Shown piece after piece: positions 1 through 10,312 of a stretch of 32,000 bases of DNA (the stretch's first letter is position 1; each line of letters starts with the position of its first letter). The position numbers were made by a program, and so were the translations under genes. The stretch is from Trichodesmium erythraeum IMS101. GTDB lineage: Bacteria; Cyanobacteriota; Cyanobacteriia; Cyanobacteriales; Microcoleaceae. The notes below the pieces were generated by a model that saw only the letters and a program-made list of their open reading frames with translations, was not told where the DNA came from and ran no database searches. Where the stretch lies: positions 5,460,001-5,492,000 of the forward strand of contig NC_008312.1 of assembly GCF_000014265.1 (NCBI RefSeq). Reading direction: 5' to 3'.

Positions 1-1
1 A

Positions 2-2536
2 CAACATAATAGAGATAATAGAATCAAGGGGCAAGAGAAAGATTATCAAATGATGCTTCGCACGCGAAACCCCGGAGGTTTTATTCCGCCACAACTTTTT
101 CTTACTCTAAATAAGTTGTCTAACGAGTATGGTAATGGAACACTTCGTGTGACAACTAGACAAGGTTTTCAGTTGCACGGAGTATTAAAGAAAAATTTAA
201 AAAAAGTTATATCATCGATCATAAAAAGTATGGGTTCGACTCTAGGGGCTTGTGGAGATATAAACAGAAATGTCATGTCTCCACCAGCTCCCTATAAAAA
301 TCGTCCTGAGTACGAATATGCTAAAGATTATGCTAATAAAATAGCAGATTTATTAACACCACAAACAGGAGCATATTACGAAATTTGGTTGGATGGAGAA
401 AAAGTAATTAGTGCACAAGAAGCTTCTGAAGTAAAAGTGGCAAGACTTCGTAATGGTAATGGTACGATATTCCCTAATAGTGAAGAACCTATCTATGGTA
501 CTCACTATATGCCAAGAAAATTTAAGTGTGCTGTAACGGTTCCAGGAGATAACTCTATAGATCTGTATACTCAGGATGTTAGTTTGGTTGTAATTACCAA
601 TGAAGTAGGTGAATTAGAAGGATTTAATGTTCTAGCAGGTGGTGGTCTAGGTCGTACTCATAGAAAGGAAGAAACTTTTCCTTGTTTAGCCCAAGAAATT
701 GGATATGTTACTAAAGAAGATATATTTGATTTTATGAAGGCTATAGTGGCTACTCAAAGAGATTATGGTGATCGCAGTAACCGTCGGCATGCTAGAATGA
801 AATATTTACTACATGATTGGGGAGTCGAAAAATTTAAGGCGAAGTTGATAGAATATTTTGGTAAATCCATTGCTCCCTTCAAACCTCTACCAGAATGGAA
901 GTATTTGGACTTTTTGGGATGGCATGAACAAGGGGATGGAAGGCTATTTTTAGGAATTTCTGTCGAAAATGGACGTGTTAAAGATGAAGATTCATTTCAA
1001 CTAAAAACAGCTCTGCGAAAAATAGTTGACTTGTTTAAGCTACCTATGCTTTTAACTGCTAATCACAACATTATTCTCTACGAAATTAAACCACAGCAAC
1101 AACAAGCAGTAGAACAAATTCTGAATAAACACGGTATTAGCACAGAAAAAAATATTGATCCCTTAGTACGTTATAGTATGGCCTGTCCTGCTTTACCTAC
1201 TTGTGGACTAGCAATTACAGAATCAGAAAGGACCTTACCTGGCATACTGGGACAAATTAGGTTATTGTTGGACAAGGTGGGACTAGGACAAGAGCATTTT
1301 GTAGTTAGAATGACAGGATGTCCCAATGGCTGTGCTAGACCCTATATGGCGGAATTAGGATTTGTCGGTAGTGCTGCTGATTCTTATCAGATTTGGTTAG
1401 GGGGCTCACCAAACCAAACACGACTGGCAAAACCTTATATCGATAAACTGCATATCAATAATCTGGAAGCTGAGTTGGAAAGAATTTTTATTTATTTCAA
1501 GCAACAACGGCAACCAGATGAGAGTTTCGGTGATTTTTGTAATCGTGTCGGTATTGAAGCCATCCGTAAGTTTGTAACCAACTATCAATCTAGTTTCTCG
1601 ATGAATACAGATATTAACAATTCAAGTTTGACCTCAATTAATTCTGAAAAGAATATTCCAATCGTTACAGATGTTACTGAGACAACTCCAGACACTAAAT
1701 CTCAAGAAGAATCGACAAGTAAAAATCTGGAAAATAATCAGGAAGTGATTCCAATGAATTCTCCAGTAACTCAATCAACTAATATGACTCAAACGACAAC
1801 GACTTCAACAACAATTAGTGAAGCTCAACCTCTAAGTACTCATCAAACTCCAAAAACTCCTACTTTTAGTAGTGATACTAATACAACAATATCCACACCT
1901 TCTACTTTAGGTAAACAGGAAGGTCAGCCTACTGTGGAAACTACACCTTCTACTTCAGTTCAACAGGAAGATAAGCTTACTGTGGAAACTACTTCAGGTC
2001 AACAGGAAGGTCAGACTACTGTGGAACCTACAATACCTTCTACTTCAGGTCAACAGGAAGGTCAGACTACTGTGGAACCTACAATACCTTCTACTTCAGG
2101 TCAACAGGAAGGTCAGCCTACTGGGGAGCCTACAATACCTTCTACTTTAGGTAAACAGGAAGGTCAGCCTACTGTGGAAACTACAATTCCTAATTTAGAT
2201 AAACAGGAAGCTCAGCCTAATAGGGAGTCTACAATATCTGATAATTTAGATAAACAGGAAGCTCAGCCTACTAGTGAGTCTACAATATCTGCTAATTTAG
2301 ATCAACAGGAAGCTCAGCCTATAGGTCAACTAGAATCCTCTCCAGATAAGCCTAAAGATACTAGCAAAATGCGACATCGGGTTAGTGTGAGGGATGAAAT
2401 CTATACCAAGTTAAAAGAGGAGTCTAAGCGCCAGGGTAAACCAGTAGTTCAATTAGCAACTGAAGCTATTGCAGAATATCTGGAAAAAATTAGGAAAAAT
2501 GAAAGCTTAACTACTACTAATGAAACTAATTTTTAG
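2..2536 (+). CDS. sir: Assimilatory ferredoxin-sulfite reductase, 5' end outside the window, with a ~310-aa non-canonical C-terminal tail
   Basis: The frame is open from nt 2 ([16 protein letters not shown] precedes the ATG at 50), so the Met in the ORF track is internal. Siroheme/4Fe-4S cysteine clusters CPALPTCG and [11 protein letters not shown] are present, plus the family signatures [10 protein letters not shown] and [11 protein letters not shown]. The canonical enzyme should end near nt ~1600, but the ORF continues to 2536. Confidence 0.9.
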   Translation, partial: QHNRDNRIKGQEKDYQMMLRTRNPGGFIPPQLFLTLNKLSNEYGNGTLRVTTRQGFQLHGVLKKNLKKVISSIIKSMGSTLGACGDINRNVMSPPAPYKNRPEYEYAKDYANKIADLLTPQTGAYYEIWLDGEKVISAQEASEVKVARLRNGNGTIFPNSEEPIYGTHYMPRKFKCAVTVPGDNSIDLYTQDVSLVVITNEVGELEGFNVLAGGGLGRTHRKEETFPCLAQEIGYVTKEDIFDFMKAIVATQRDYGDRSNRRHARMKYLLHDWGVEKFKAKLIEYFGKSIAPFKPLPEWKYLDFLGWHEQGDGRLFLGISVENGRVKDEDSFQLKTALRKIVDLFKLPMLLTANHNIILYEIKPQQQQAVEQILNKHGISTEKNIDPLVRYSMACPALPTCGLAITESERTLPGILGQIRLLLDKVGLGQEHFVVRMTGCPNGCARPYMAELGFVGSAADSYQIWLGGSPNQTRLAKPYIDKLHINNLEAELERIFIYFKQQRQPDESFGDFCNRVGIEAIRKFVTNYQSSFSMNTDINNSSLTSINSEKNIPIVTDVTETTPDTKSQEESTSKNLENNQEVIPMNSPVTQSTNMTQTTTTSTTISEAQPLSTHQTPKTPTFSSDTNTTISTPSTLGKQEGQPTVETTPSTSVQQEDKLTVETTSGQQEGQTTVEPTIPSTSGQQEGQTTVEPTIPSTSGQQEGQPTGEPTIPSTLGKQEGQPTVETTIPNLDKQEAQPNRESTISDNLDKQEAQPTSESTISANLDQQEAQPIGQLESSPDKPKDTSKMRHRVSVRDEIYTKLKEESKRQGKPVVQLATEAIAEYLEKIRKNESLTTTNETNF
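1908..2340 (+). repeat. In-frame 51-nt (17-aa) tandem repeats, about 8.5 units, inside the sir tail
   Basis: Units begin at 1908, 1959 (short unit), 1997, 2048, 2099, 2150, 2201, 2252 and 2303. Units 1997-2047 and 2048-2098 are identical and encode [17 protein letters not shown]. Confidence 0.9.
2369..2533 (+). other. Ribbon-helix-helix (CopG/Arc/MetJ-like) module at the extreme C-terminus of the sir ORF
   Basis: [45 protein letters not shown] fits the RHH pattern: a short basic beta-strand ([11 protein letters not shown]), helix 1 ([11 protein letters not shown]), then helix 2 ending in the typical A-I-x-E-Y-L-E. This is pattern recognition only, with no profile search. Confidence 0.55.
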
Positions 2537-3129
2537 GAAAATATTTAGCTATCAGCTCTTGGCCATTAGCTTTGGATAAAATGAGGTTTTGGTTTTATGG
2601 CAATTTTGAAAAACCATTAGCTAAAATGCTCAGGTATGGATGGAATTACATCCGAATACTTCTCCTATCTATAGCCAATGTGTTTTTGTAATTCACAGAT
2701 CAAGGTTGAATGCTGAGATTTTTAGCTTTCTCTGGGATAAATTCTACGTTTGAAAATAAGTCTGTGGGATAAATCCATACAAAAATTTTTAGGCATTTAA
2801 GGAGCTAATAACTAAAACTGAGTAATTGAAAAAATAGATACCTTTAAGTTAAGACAAGTTAGCTGTATTAACAATCATAAAAACTAACTTCAGGACTACT
2901 GAAGAGTATTATCAAATTAGATATTACCGGTAAAATACTTTAAGGAAAAATAAATAAATGGAAATAGCTTTGTTACTATTTCCATTTATTGAAAAAATTA
3001 TGGGTTTTCTTTTGATTTGATGTTAAAAATGTCAATAAAACTCTTCCACGCTTCAGCCGTTTTTTACTGTTTCTGTTTCAGATTAAGGTTCTCAAGTAGC
3101 CAAATTGTAATTATTAAATTTTTTAAAGA

Positions 3130-3906
3130 ATGGCTGATTTGCAAAGATTAGCGATCGCTCCCCAGCAAATTGATCAACAACAGGTTTTTTTAACTGTTGA
3201 ACAACAGCATTATTTACGACGAGTGTTACGACTAGGGGTGGGAGATAAATTTATTGTAATGGATGGCGAGGGTAAATGGTGGTTAGCTAAACTTACACCA
3301 GATATTTCTATAAAGACTGAGTTAATCGCTATTTTAGAACAAGAAATTGCAATTCAAAATGAATTACCAATAGAAATAACTCTAATCTCTGCTTTACCTA
3401 AAGGAAATAGTTTTGATGAGGTTGTTCGACAAAGTACGGAATTAGGGATAACTCATATTTTCCCAGTTATTAGTTCTAGAACTGTGCTGAAACCTAGTCC
3501 TCAAAAATTAAAAAGGTGGCAAAAAATTGCTACTGAAGCTGCAGAACAATCAGAGCGTCAAGTAGTTCCAAAAATTAGAGAAACTGTAGAATATTCTGTG
3601 GCTTTATCATTATTTGAGAAGCAAAATTTATTTACTAATTATCATAAATATATATGTGTTGCTCGTAATAATTATCCTCTTTTACTTGAGAGTTTATTGG
3701 ATAATCAAAAACTGGAATCAATAGTGATTGCTATAGGTCCAGAAGGGGGTTGGACTAAGGGCGAAATAGAAGCAGCGATCGCTATAGGTTTTCAAGCAGT
3801 TTCTCTTGGTAAGCGTATTTTAAGGGGGGTTACAGCTCCTTTAGTTGCATTATCTCTAGTGGCTGCTGTATTGGAAAGAAAAAGGTATAGCACTAATTGC
3901 AGTTAA
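3130..3906 (+). CDS. rsmE: 16S rRNA (uracil1498-N3)-methyltransferase RsmE
   Basis: N-terminal LQRLAI..QQ..L..EQQHYLRRVLRLGVGDKF..DGEG.WW.A.L and the C-terminal SPOUT knot IGPEGGWTKGEIEAAIAIGFQAVSLGKRILR are characteristic of RsmE/DUF558. Confidence 0.88.
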   Translation: MADLQRLAIAPQQIDQQQVFLTVEQQHYLRRVLRLGVGDKFIVMDGEGKWWLAKLTPDISIKTELIAILEQEIAIQNELPIEITLISALPKGNSFDEVVRQSTELGITHIFPVISSRTVLKPSPQKLKRWQKIATEAAEQSERQVVPKIRETVEYSVALSLFEKQNLFTNYHKYICVARNNYPLLLESLLDNQKLESIVIAIGPEGGWTKGEIEAAIAIGFQAVSLGKRILRGVTAPLVALSLVAAVLERKRYSTNCS

Positions 3907-5053
3907 AAACTAAAGGTAATTTCTGAGAAAAAAATTAGGTTTTTGCCTTTTTTAAAATGATAAAAAAACTACTTTATTATTGAAAGCCTGTGATATAAAA
4001 TACGGCTATATAGCAAGTAAAATTATATAATTATTTACCTGTTTTAATTATCTATGCTGTTGATTAATAAAAATAATTTAGCTTGTATAAATGTGTAATT
4101 AATTTTGCAGGAGTACTTATATAATTTGAGAGGATAAAGTTCTTCAAAAAAATGATTGGCTTGTCTGAGATGAAAGTATTATAGTAATTTGCTTACAGCA
4201 TCTATAGTTCTTTGGAAAGAGTTTCTGATCTTGAGGTTCCTGAAAGCTAAAGTTTGCAATAGTTATTCCCATAAATTCCTACTGTATAATTATATTATAT
4301 ATATATAATATATGTTTATAATTCTATACTATGTTGGAATTTTCCCATCTCTTTATTGCCTCCAATTATAATAATTAAGTATTCAACCAGATTTGATCTG
4401 ACTTAAAAGGAGGTCTTGATAATTAATAACTAAAATTACTGAGCTTTTGATGACCAAATACTAAGGGAGTTTACTAATGTTTAGGAGTCTAATGGGACTC
4501 GTTGGTTACTAAACTAGGAAACTAGATATTAATGACCATCTGAAGTCAATACATGCAGATAATTTTGACTTGCGGATAACTGTTATGTCCTTGTAGATGA
4601 AATTCCTGCTGCTTTGTTGTTAGGTTGACAGTATAGGCTATAGGGTAGAGGCTGAAAATCAATTTCTAAAGCTGGTATAAATGGGGTAAAAGCTACTAAC
4701 TATAGTGAGGATTAAAATTTCAAGCACTGACTTACAGGTGGAGAAACAGGAAGGTAATAAAACTTTCGTTATGATAAGCTATTCTAAAGGTGGGTCTGGA
4801 GTGTGGGATGAATTTCAGGGAGTTTATGGACAACTTTATTGGATTCGAGTTGTCAGCAACTATATGGAACTTTCTGGGATATTTTACCTGATGCTCATCA
4901 GCTATAATAAAAACATAAGGGAATGAGGCAACTCTTCTAAGATGCCTAAATTTAAATATATAGGTCAAGAAGTTTAGGAAGCCTTCAAGGTTAGTCTGGG
5001 CATTTGGACTCGGGTATCAGGGAGGGTTCTTTTGGAAGAAGCTTTTAAGCAGA

Positions 5054-6169
5054 ATGCAGAATATGGAAGAAATTAAAGAAGTTGCTACTCTGCTAAGACA
5101 AAAAAATTATCTACAGGCAGCTAAAATACTAACAAAATTAAAGAAAGAACATCCTCAAAATTTGTGGGTGCAACTATATATTGGGCAGTGGTATGAACAG
5201 ACAGATAAATTAGAACTAGCAGAAAAGTTTTACAGAAAATTGCTCAAAGATGCAACAAACCCACAAGTAATTAGACAAGCACGTCAAGGTTTACAAAGAA
5301 TAGAAAATATAGAAAAAAATCGTCAACAGCGAGCGATCGCTTTTGCTAAATCTAATCCTGAAAATATAGAACCAGGATTACTTATTATTGAACCAGTTAG
5401 CCAAGAAAATAAAGAGGAAGCGGTTAAAAATCTGGCTAGAATTATGAAGATTGACCCCTACTCTGCCAGAATGCAATTACAGAATAGAGGTTGGCGAATT
5501 TATCGACTGGGAGCGATTGGAGAATTAAGGGTTTATGGTGAGGAAATGTTCAAAGCAGGTATTCCTGTATTTTGGGCAAAAATATCAGATATTGAAAAGA
5601 TACATATTTTTAGAGTGCAATATTTTCAATCTATCTCTCCCCAAGCAAATATTGTTTGTTTAAATGAGCAAGATCAAATGGGGAGTTTGAATTTTAATTG
5701 GTCAGAAGTAGTAACAAAAGTTGAAGGGTTATTACCTATTTTTATGAATGTAATGGATTACGATCCTCGGCGACGTTCTCAAAAAATTCGTCACAAGAAA
5801 ATGACTCAAGATTATGCAAATATATTAGATTTACATCTACCTTATCGTCGTAGTGTGATTAGATTTTGCGACCAAAATTATCAATATCAAAAAGGAATTA
5901 CTCCTAAGATTTCTACTCAAGATAAGTCTCTATTAAAACCACAGACTACCAATAGAGGTAAATGGAATGAGTTAGTGAATATGGTTGACGAAAAATTAGG
6001 TAAAGTGCAAACTTGGTCTAATTTTACTCCTTTTGGAGAAGTGACTTGTCGAGATTATACCCAACTATTAAGTCGTATCAAGTCTCACATTGATATACCT
6101 CGTAAAATAGAAACAATGTGGGATCCAGCTTTTCAGTTATACAGTAGTTTAGTTTTCTTAAAAACTTAA
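5054..6169 (+). CDS. Conserved hypothetical protein with an N-terminal TPR-like helical region
   Basis: 371-aa ORF in AT-rich DNA where random ORFs are short. The N-terminus (YLQAAKIL..L...P.N.WVQLYIGQWYEQTDKLELAEKFYRKLL) looks like TPR helices. No catalytic motif recognised. Confidence 0.7.
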   Translation: MQNMEEIKEVATLLRQKNYLQAAKILTKLKKEHPQNLWVQLYIGQWYEQTDKLELAEKFYRKLLKDATNPQVIRQARQGLQRIENIEKNRQQRAIAFAKSNPENIEPGLLIIEPVSQENKEEAVKNLARIMKIDPYSARMQLQNRGWRIYRLGAIGELRVYGEEMFKAGIPVFWAKISDIEKIHIFRVQYFQSISPQANIVCLNEQDQMGSLNFNWSEVVTKVEGLLPIFMNVMDYDPRRRSQKIRHKKMTQDYANILDLHLPYRRSVIRFCDQNYQYQKGITPKISTQDKSLLKPQTTNRGKWNELVNMVDEKLGKVQTWSNFTPFGEVTCRDYTQLLSRIKSHIDIPRKIETMWDPAFQLYSSLVFLKT

Positions 6170-7006
6170 TGTACTGCTTCAAAAAATTTATATTAAATGT
6201 TACTGGTTATGAAATTTTAATAGGGTGTATTTAAAGCTTATTAGAGTTATTTTTTTATTAAGTCAATACTCTTGTTTCTGAGTATTTTTGTTATAGAATT
6301 TTTGTATTTAGGGATATCCTGTTGTAAATTTAGCTGAATGCTTACCTTAAACTTACCTTTTTAAAGTTCGGGGTAAAAAATCAACTTCAGCATTTCATAA
6401 CGGATACTGAGGGATGCTAGGTGCTGATAACTAATAGCTAAATATTTAGTTTTAATTATCGGTTAAATAGTAATAAAGATTCGCTTACCCATAGCTGAGT
6501 TCTACTTGAGAAGTTGCTTGTGAGTTATTATTAATATTTTTTATTTTAATGTTTATTTTTGTCTACCTACTTAATAAGTAATAACTCATAATTTACAACT
6601 GAAATAAAAAGTTTTACCACTTTATGGCTGGGAAACACTAGTCCGTTTGGGTCTCTTTATCCAGAATAATTTGTAAATTGTCAACTAATTTATTCATCTC
6701 CAGGTTTTGCTGAGACAAAAACACAGCACAGTATTCTTGAGTCAGGGAAAAAACTGACCGAAGTTTTTGCGGAAGTTATATTTTCGGTTTAACTAAAATT
6801 ATCCAAACTTAGATAAGCATAATACCATAAGCTTTGGAGCTAACTTCGGTGTTTCACCCTGATGCCACTGACTATAGTCTATATCTTATCTTCAAGACCA
6901 GGCAACCAAATTATAAGGTAAGGAAGCTCAAGCTATTTATTAATATAGTTTTCGCTCGTTACTTATACTACTACAATATTGCTATGTATATATAAGTTTA
7001 AATAAC

Positions 7007-8129
7007 TATAGCAATCCTAAATAGGTCGCAACAGATATAATAGTAAGAATAACATCTCCAGTCAAAATACAAAGTAATGAATATTATAGATGAACTAGAC
7101 GATTTTATCAATCACACATGCATAGTCAAAAGAAATAAAAAGAGCCTTAGCTGTAAAAATGATTTTGTCGGGAAAATCCTATCATGAAGTCAAAGAATTA
7201 TTAAATGTAACTCAGCAGTTTAGAAAGCGAATGGAAAAACCAAGCACTGTTTCATGGCAAGTGAAAGTTTAAAGCTTCAATTATATTGGAACACAAGGTT
7301 ACTTAAAGGCCGAAGAAAAAGAGCAAATAATTGAGTGGTTGAGGGCACAAAATTACCTAAGATTGTCAGATTTACAAAAATATTTAAAGAAGCAATATGA
7401 TGTGGTTTTTGAGTCTAATCAAAGTTATTATAACTTACTCAAAGAAGCAGGAATAACTTGGAAAAAAACTCAAAAAAAAATCCCGCTAAAAATGATGAAT
7501 TAGTGAAAGCAAAAAAAAAAGAAATAGAGGAATTATTGACTAAATGGCAACCAGAAATAGAATCTGAAAATCTTACAGTGTTTATGATTGATGAATGTCA
7601 TCTATTATGGGGTGATCTATATAGCTATACTTGGGGAAGAACAGATAAAAGAATAGAAATTCCGATAAAAAAATGAAAAAGAAAGACAAACTTATTATGG
7701 AGCCAATTATTATCAAACTAAGGAATTTATTGTGCAAGAATATAAGAATGGAAATACTGAAAAAAAGAATGAATTTGTTAAATATTTACAAGAGCAAAGA
7801 CCAGGAAAAAGATTGGCAATATTTGGGGACGGTGCAACTTATCATAACTCTCAAGAATTTCGAGAATATCTGATGTTAATTAATCAAGATTTACCTGAAG
7901 AAGAATGGTTGATAAATTGTACGCTCATTTGCCCCAAATGCTCCTGAACAAAACCCTGTTGAAGATATTTGGTTGCAAACTAAAAGTTTCATCAGACAAT
8001 TTTATCATCTTTGCAGTTCTTTTAAAGTAGTTAAGTGGCTATTTAAGTTTTTTGCAGATGGTCAAATATTTGATTTCTCAAAGCTTTTTCAGTATGGAAT
8101 TTTGCCACAATCTATTTAGGATTGCTATA
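7007..8129 (+). mobile_element. Degenerate IS630/Tc1-mariner-family insertion sequence with terminal inverted repeats and TA flanks
   Basis: The left end tagcaatcctaaatag (7009-7024) is the exact reverse complement of the right end ctatttaggattgcta (8112-8127). Both ends are flanked by TA (7007-7008, 8128-8129), the IS630 target duplication. The interior encodes a broken DDE transposase. Confidence 0.85.
7078..8118 (+). pseudogene. IS630-family DDE transposase, multiply frameshifted
   Basis: Pieces in three frames join into a typical IS630 transposase: ...QSYYNLLKEAGITWKKTQKK / NPAKNDELVKAKKKEIEELL...FMIDECHLLWGD / NEKERQTYYGA.NYYQTKEF / AIFGDGATYHNSQEF / FAPNAPEQNPVEDIWLQTK. Frame breaks occur at the A9 run 7472-7480, at the A7 run 7667-7673 and near 7925. 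There is an in-frame stop near 7270. Confidence 0.85.
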
Positions 8130-8355
8130 TCGTAGTTAATTTTTATTTAACTTTCAAGTACCTCATCTGTTAGTCCTAAATATAATAAAATATTCTCTAC
8201 TTGTTCACGGGAGCAGAAGGTTTTATTTGTCAAAGTATCCGACTGTTTACCCCGGGTTTCTCCATTAGATGCTCCTTTTCAGGGGAGCACAGGACTTCGT
8301 GCAAGGGTGATTAAAAGATAATTGATTAACTGCTTGATTAATTTTATTACTAATA

Positions 8356-8850
8356 CTATCTTGATAAATTCATACCCTTAGCTATATTAAGAAACATACT
8401 CATACTAGGACCAGGACGACGACGTTTGGTTGGAAGTTGCAACATTAAAAGGTTAGGAGAAAATAATACTACCTCTTCTTGTTTCTGGGAAGTTGTACCA
8501 TTTGTGATCGGAGTTTCTGGTGTTACTACTTGAGGAGTAGTAGATTTTTGTAATTCAACTTTTTCGGCTTCTTTAGCAGCTTGAGTTTCTTTTGTTACTG
8601 CTTTTGCTGCTGGGTTTTTTTCCTCTTTTGTAGCAGCAGCAATTTCAGGTTTTGCTTCTTTTGGAGTTTCGGAACTATCAGATGGGGTTTCTGTCTCTGT
8701 AGGTGCTGCTGCTACAGTAGTTTGAGTTGATTCTTCTTTGGGGGTATTGGTTTCCTTTGTTTCCTGAAATTCTAATAGATATTCTGACTTTTTTGAAAAA
8801 GGAAAAATACCGAAAATTCCGGCAAATAACCCTCCTGTAAAAGCTAACAT
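8356..8850 (-). CDS. Hypothetical protein: N-terminal hydrophobic anchor, E/T/K/P-rich low-complexity middle, basic C-terminus
   Basis: 164-aa ORF with an N-terminal MLAFTGGLFAGIFGIFPF hydrophobic segment. Its 5' flank contains the purine-rich element GGAGAA (reverse complement of ttctcc, 8859-8864) 8 nt upstream of the ATG. I cannot name a family. Confidence 0.55.
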   Translation of the reverse strand: MLAFTGGLFAGIFGIFPFSKKSEYLLEFQETKETNTPKEESTQTTVAAAPTETETPSDSSETPKEAKPEIAAATKEEKNPAAKAVTKETQAAKEAEKVELQKSTTPQVVTPETPITNGTTSQKQEEVVLFSPNLLMLQLPTKRRRPGPSMSMFLNIAKGMNLSR

Positions 8851-9110
8851 GATTGTGTTCTCCTAAAATAATTGTTTTTGTAGTATTGCTTACAATCTAA
8901 TACTTTAGGATTAAGTGATGACTTGGCACAACCTATCTTCATATTTCTTAATAAAACTTTACATTAACCAGAATGGATATAGGCTCAGGACTGACCAACC
9001 CAAATAAGAAGCCTGGTTTATTACCCTAATTATTTGCTGTTCACTCTCACGATTTTTTTTTCGATAAAGTCGATTTTCCTATAGATAGATAAATATAGAA
9101 TTAGAAATAT

Positions 9111-9746
9111 ATGGAAAGTTTAAACAAACCTAATCCAGTATTGTTAATCCATGGAATTTTTGACACTATAAAAATATTTGATAAAATGTCTCGATACCTA
9201 AAAAAATTAGGATGGGAAGTATACTCTGTGAACTTAATTCCTAATTACGGTATTTTAGGTTTAGATAAATTAGCCGAACAAGTAGCGAATTATGTAGATA
9301 AAACATTTCCACCTAATCAACCTTTTGATTTAATAGGTTTTAGTATGGGAGGAATAGTAAGTCGTTATTATGTTCAAAGATTAGGAGGTATTGATAAAAT
9401 AGAACGTTTTATCACTATTTCTTCTCCTCACAATGGCACATTAACAGGTTACGTTTTAGGTTTACCAGCACCAATTCAAATGCGTCCTAAAAGTTATTTT
9501 TTGCAAGATATAAACCAGGATATTGCTTTGTTAGATCGGATAAATTTTACCTCAATTTGGACTCCTTATGATGCGATGATTTTACCGGCTAGAAGTTCTC
9601 AATTACCAGTAGGTCGAGATATCAAAATAGATGTTTTATTTCATGCTTGGATGGTATCATCTGGAAAGGTTTTAAAAGTAATTTCTGAGGAACTGAAAGC
9701 AGAGCCTAAGTCAAAACTAACTATGAGTTTTTACGATAGAAGTTAA
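9111..9746 (+). CDS. Alpha/beta-fold esterase/lipase (lipase class 2 / PGAP1-like)
   Basis: VLLIHGIFDT oxyanion region and GFSMGG nucleophile elbow. Size (~211 aa) is typical of small bacterial lipases. Confidence 0.75.
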   Translation: MESLNKPNPVLLIHGIFDTIKIFDKMSRYLKKLGWEVYSVNLIPNYGILGLDKLAEQVANYVDKTFPPNQPFDLIGFSMGGIVSRYYVQRLGGIDKIERFITISSPHNGTLTGYVLGLPAPIQMRPKSYFLQDINQDIALLDRINFTSIWTPYDAMILPARSSQLPVGRDIKIDVLFHAWMVSSGKVLKVISEELKAEPKSKLTMSFYDRS

Positions 9747-10312
9747 AAAAATTACGTTCCAAATACAATTTGTTCAAGTAATAATTTAAAATGCAATAAC
9801 TCTTGTTCTTAATTTTGGCTATTTTGGCAAATTGCCTAAAGTGATCTTAATGTTGATAAATTTATCATAAACTGCAAAAACCTAACCCAGTTATTTAATA
9901 AGGGAGTAGGGTATAAAAAATTATATTCCCTACTAATAACTATTACAATTGATTGAAAATATTTCCTCAGATCAAAAGTAGTGCTAGAAACAAATTATTA
10001 GTCATTGAGCCTATTTTTCCCATTCATTCATCACTTTTTCCATATCTATTTGATATCCAAATTTATAGCAGAATTCCTCCATCATCTTGTTTTTATCTTC
10101 TCACCAAATATCTTTATTATAATTAGCTTTCATAAAGTCTTACCAAGTATTAGTTTCTGCCAAAGATTAAACTATCTTGCACAAATTTCCTCATTGAGGT
10201 ATTGCAGCCAAAATACTAATTAGTAAAAAGACAAGTTCTTCAGTTTTAATTGTTATGCTCATTAATCATCTTTGTTAAACATATTACGAAGTAAAGGCTA
10301 CCCTACTTGATT

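Noticed and set aside
50-52. ATG at 50 as the true start of the sulfite reductase
   Set aside because: The frame is open back to nt 2, and the upstream residues ([16 protein letters not shown]) read like conserved Sir sequence. The gene is cut by the window edge.
229-245. tRNA T-arm-like string gggttcgactct
   Set aside because: It lies inside the sir coding frame. No acceptor or anticodon cloverleaf can be built around it.
1406-1588. 60-aa minus-strand ORF inside sir. The same applies to 23365-23565 (-), 24572-24868 (-), 24648-25022 (+), 30476-30751 (-) and 18043-18228 (-).
   Set aside because: All are nested antisense or out of frame within much longer, family-assignable genes (or the methyltransferase pseudogene), and their sequences are low in complexity. 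They are most likely chance ORFs.
2956-2988. 12-bp perfect hairpin aaatggaaatag/ctatttccattt as the sir terminator
   Set aside because: It lies ~420 nt past the sir stop and has no clear U-tract on the plus strand. It may be a stem-loop of some other function, so I did not annotate it.
4705-4968. Overlapping 73-aa (+) and 78-aa (-) ORFs in the 1.15-kb spacer between rsmE and the TPR-like gene
   Set aside because: They are mutually exclusive overlapping ORFs with no recognisable motifs, no clear ribosome-binding site and atypical composition. I cannot support either as a gene. The spacer may hold an ncRNA, but I see no convincing structure.
6600-6900. Possible minus-strand gene remnants (e.g. 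...LTQEYCAVFLSQQNLEMNKLVDNLQIILDKETQTD* and DYSQWHQGETPKLAPKLMVLCLSKFG*)
   Set aside because: The fragments are short, sit in different frames and have no family I can name. I noted them as possible debris, but the support is too weak to annotate.
7458-7947. ORFs 7458-7676, 7673-7873 and 7732-7947 as separate small genes
   Set aside because: They are consecutive frame-shifted fragments of one IS630-family transposase.
8195-8300. GC-richer patch with mutually exclusive hairpins (gggagc 8209-8214 or ggagca 8284-8289 pairing with tgctcc 8270-8275), suggesting a riboswitch or attenuator
   Set aside because: No gene lies downstream in either orientation for it to regulate. The minus-strand gene ends at 8356 and the IS ends at 8129. 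There is no U-tract and no match to a known riboswitch core. It may just be a 3' hairpin.
10005-10223. 72-aa plus-strand ORF
   Set aside because: Its sequence is hydrophobic, low in complexity and F/I/L-rich, typical of antisense AT-rich DNA. The opposite strand carries the more protein-like, but broken, reading frames.
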